Shown piece by piece: positions 62,796-64,000 of a stretch of DNA of 64,000 nt. The notes under the pieces were generated by a model that saw only the letters and a list, made by a program, of their open reading frames with translations, did no database searches and had not been told where the DNA came from. Every line of letters starts with the position of its first letter. The first letter of the stretch is position 1. The position numbers were made by a program, and so were the translations under genes. Origin of the DNA: Raja brachyura (lineage: Eukaryota); assembly GCA_963514005.1 (NCBI GenBank), contig OY740812.1, forward strand, positions 21,452,001 through 21,516,000. Direction: 5' to 3'.

Positions 62796-64000
62796 GGCAG
62801 ATTTGCTTGCTTATTTTCAGAAGAAATTGATAATTAATGCATCTTAACTTCCATGTTAATAAACCAAAACTAATACCAATACATTACAAGGATCTCTTGA
62901 GAACTTTAAACAAAAATGAAGCTACTTATAATGGAATTCTCTGGTTACAAAAAAGAGGATGAATATACTTTGCAGTAACAGAAGTGTGATGTTTTTGTTG
63001 CTTCTAATCAATATCCATTGAATTATTTTCCCCATTAATTAATGTTGTCTATTGCTAAAAATATGGTTTCTCAAGTTCTTAACAATACATTTACAAAAGT
63101 GAGTGAAATCTACTGATCATCCTTCCCAATGACTTTTTATGTGGGAGAAGAACGCCTTAATGTTTTTCTGCATAAAACAAGATATGCATTTTTGAAAACA
63201 TGCAAGATACATCTCCATCAAGTCGCTTTTGTATCTCTTCATGAAAAACAAGCGTAAATGATGGTAATGAATGCACCGTAATAGCAGTGCACAGATTTTG
63301 ATTGCTTCGACTCCTTTTCAGTGCTGCCCGTAGCGTTGAGTTTTTTTGATGTGCAGATCAATACATTTCACACAAACGCACAGCCTGTCAACTTTCACTG
63401 GCCTGCAGATACAATTACAGAAGCCACATAGCACATTCCTTGTTTCTTGGTTGCTAGACACAGCATGTAAATACGATAGAGGAAGGTGTAATGTTGTTTC
63501 TGGCAAGCCATTTTGGCTCCTGCGACAACATTAGTTATTCCACTTTATATTAAATGTCATCCCAAAGAAAACCTCGCTGCTTTGACTTAGATTAATTCTT
63601 GTGGTTCATGCAGCTTGCCAAGCTAATTCCCTTCCTTTACATGTGCTTGGCATTGGGAACGTATTTATGTTTTGCTAAAGCTTTCGGTTTCAGTGTAAAT
63701 GTTCATTTATAAGACAATGAAAATAAAGATGTGCTATATTTCATTGAGTTGGAGATAGAGGAGCTTTGTCCTGCTTTTGAAAGAAGAAGCTGGTAAATTA
63801 TGCCAGAAGTGAGTAACATGGACTACTTAATTAATTATTTTCAGCACACATTCTTTTGGATGCACATTTGTTGTTCGTCATTCCTAGTTGAAGAAGACCA
63901 TGACTTCAGTGTTTTTGTTTGTGTGTCCAGAGGTGACTGGTGAGACCGATCCAGGCACGGAAGGCTTGCCCGCATATAGGACACAGTTGGGTGGGTGCTG

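Overview
Vertebrate genomic DNA, most likely from a cartilaginous fish (skate/ray-type repeats: HE1-like V-SINEs, CR1/HER1-like LINEs, Penelope-derived tails). The first ~34 kb hold a convergent (tail-to-tail) Dlx bigene cluster: Dlx3 on + (3 coding exons, 4440-8656, 276 aa) and Dlx4 on - (3 coding exons, 24268-19571, 246 aa), separated by a ~10.9 kb, largely TE-poor interval with enhancer-like blocks. One block (16055-16130) closely matches my recollection of the core of the Dlx5/6 forebrain enhancer I56i. In the last ~30 kb I recognise no host gene; it is CpG-depleted and TE-rich (CR1, Rex1/Babar, V-SINEs, two non-autonomous Helitrons with minisatellites and a TATA/Inr module, a hAT-like element, a PIF/Harbinger MITE with CRE repeats). 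A dispersed Penelope-derived repeat carries a minimal type I hammerhead ribozyme core in many copies. Repeat boundaries are approximate and family names come from recalled motifs, not database searches.
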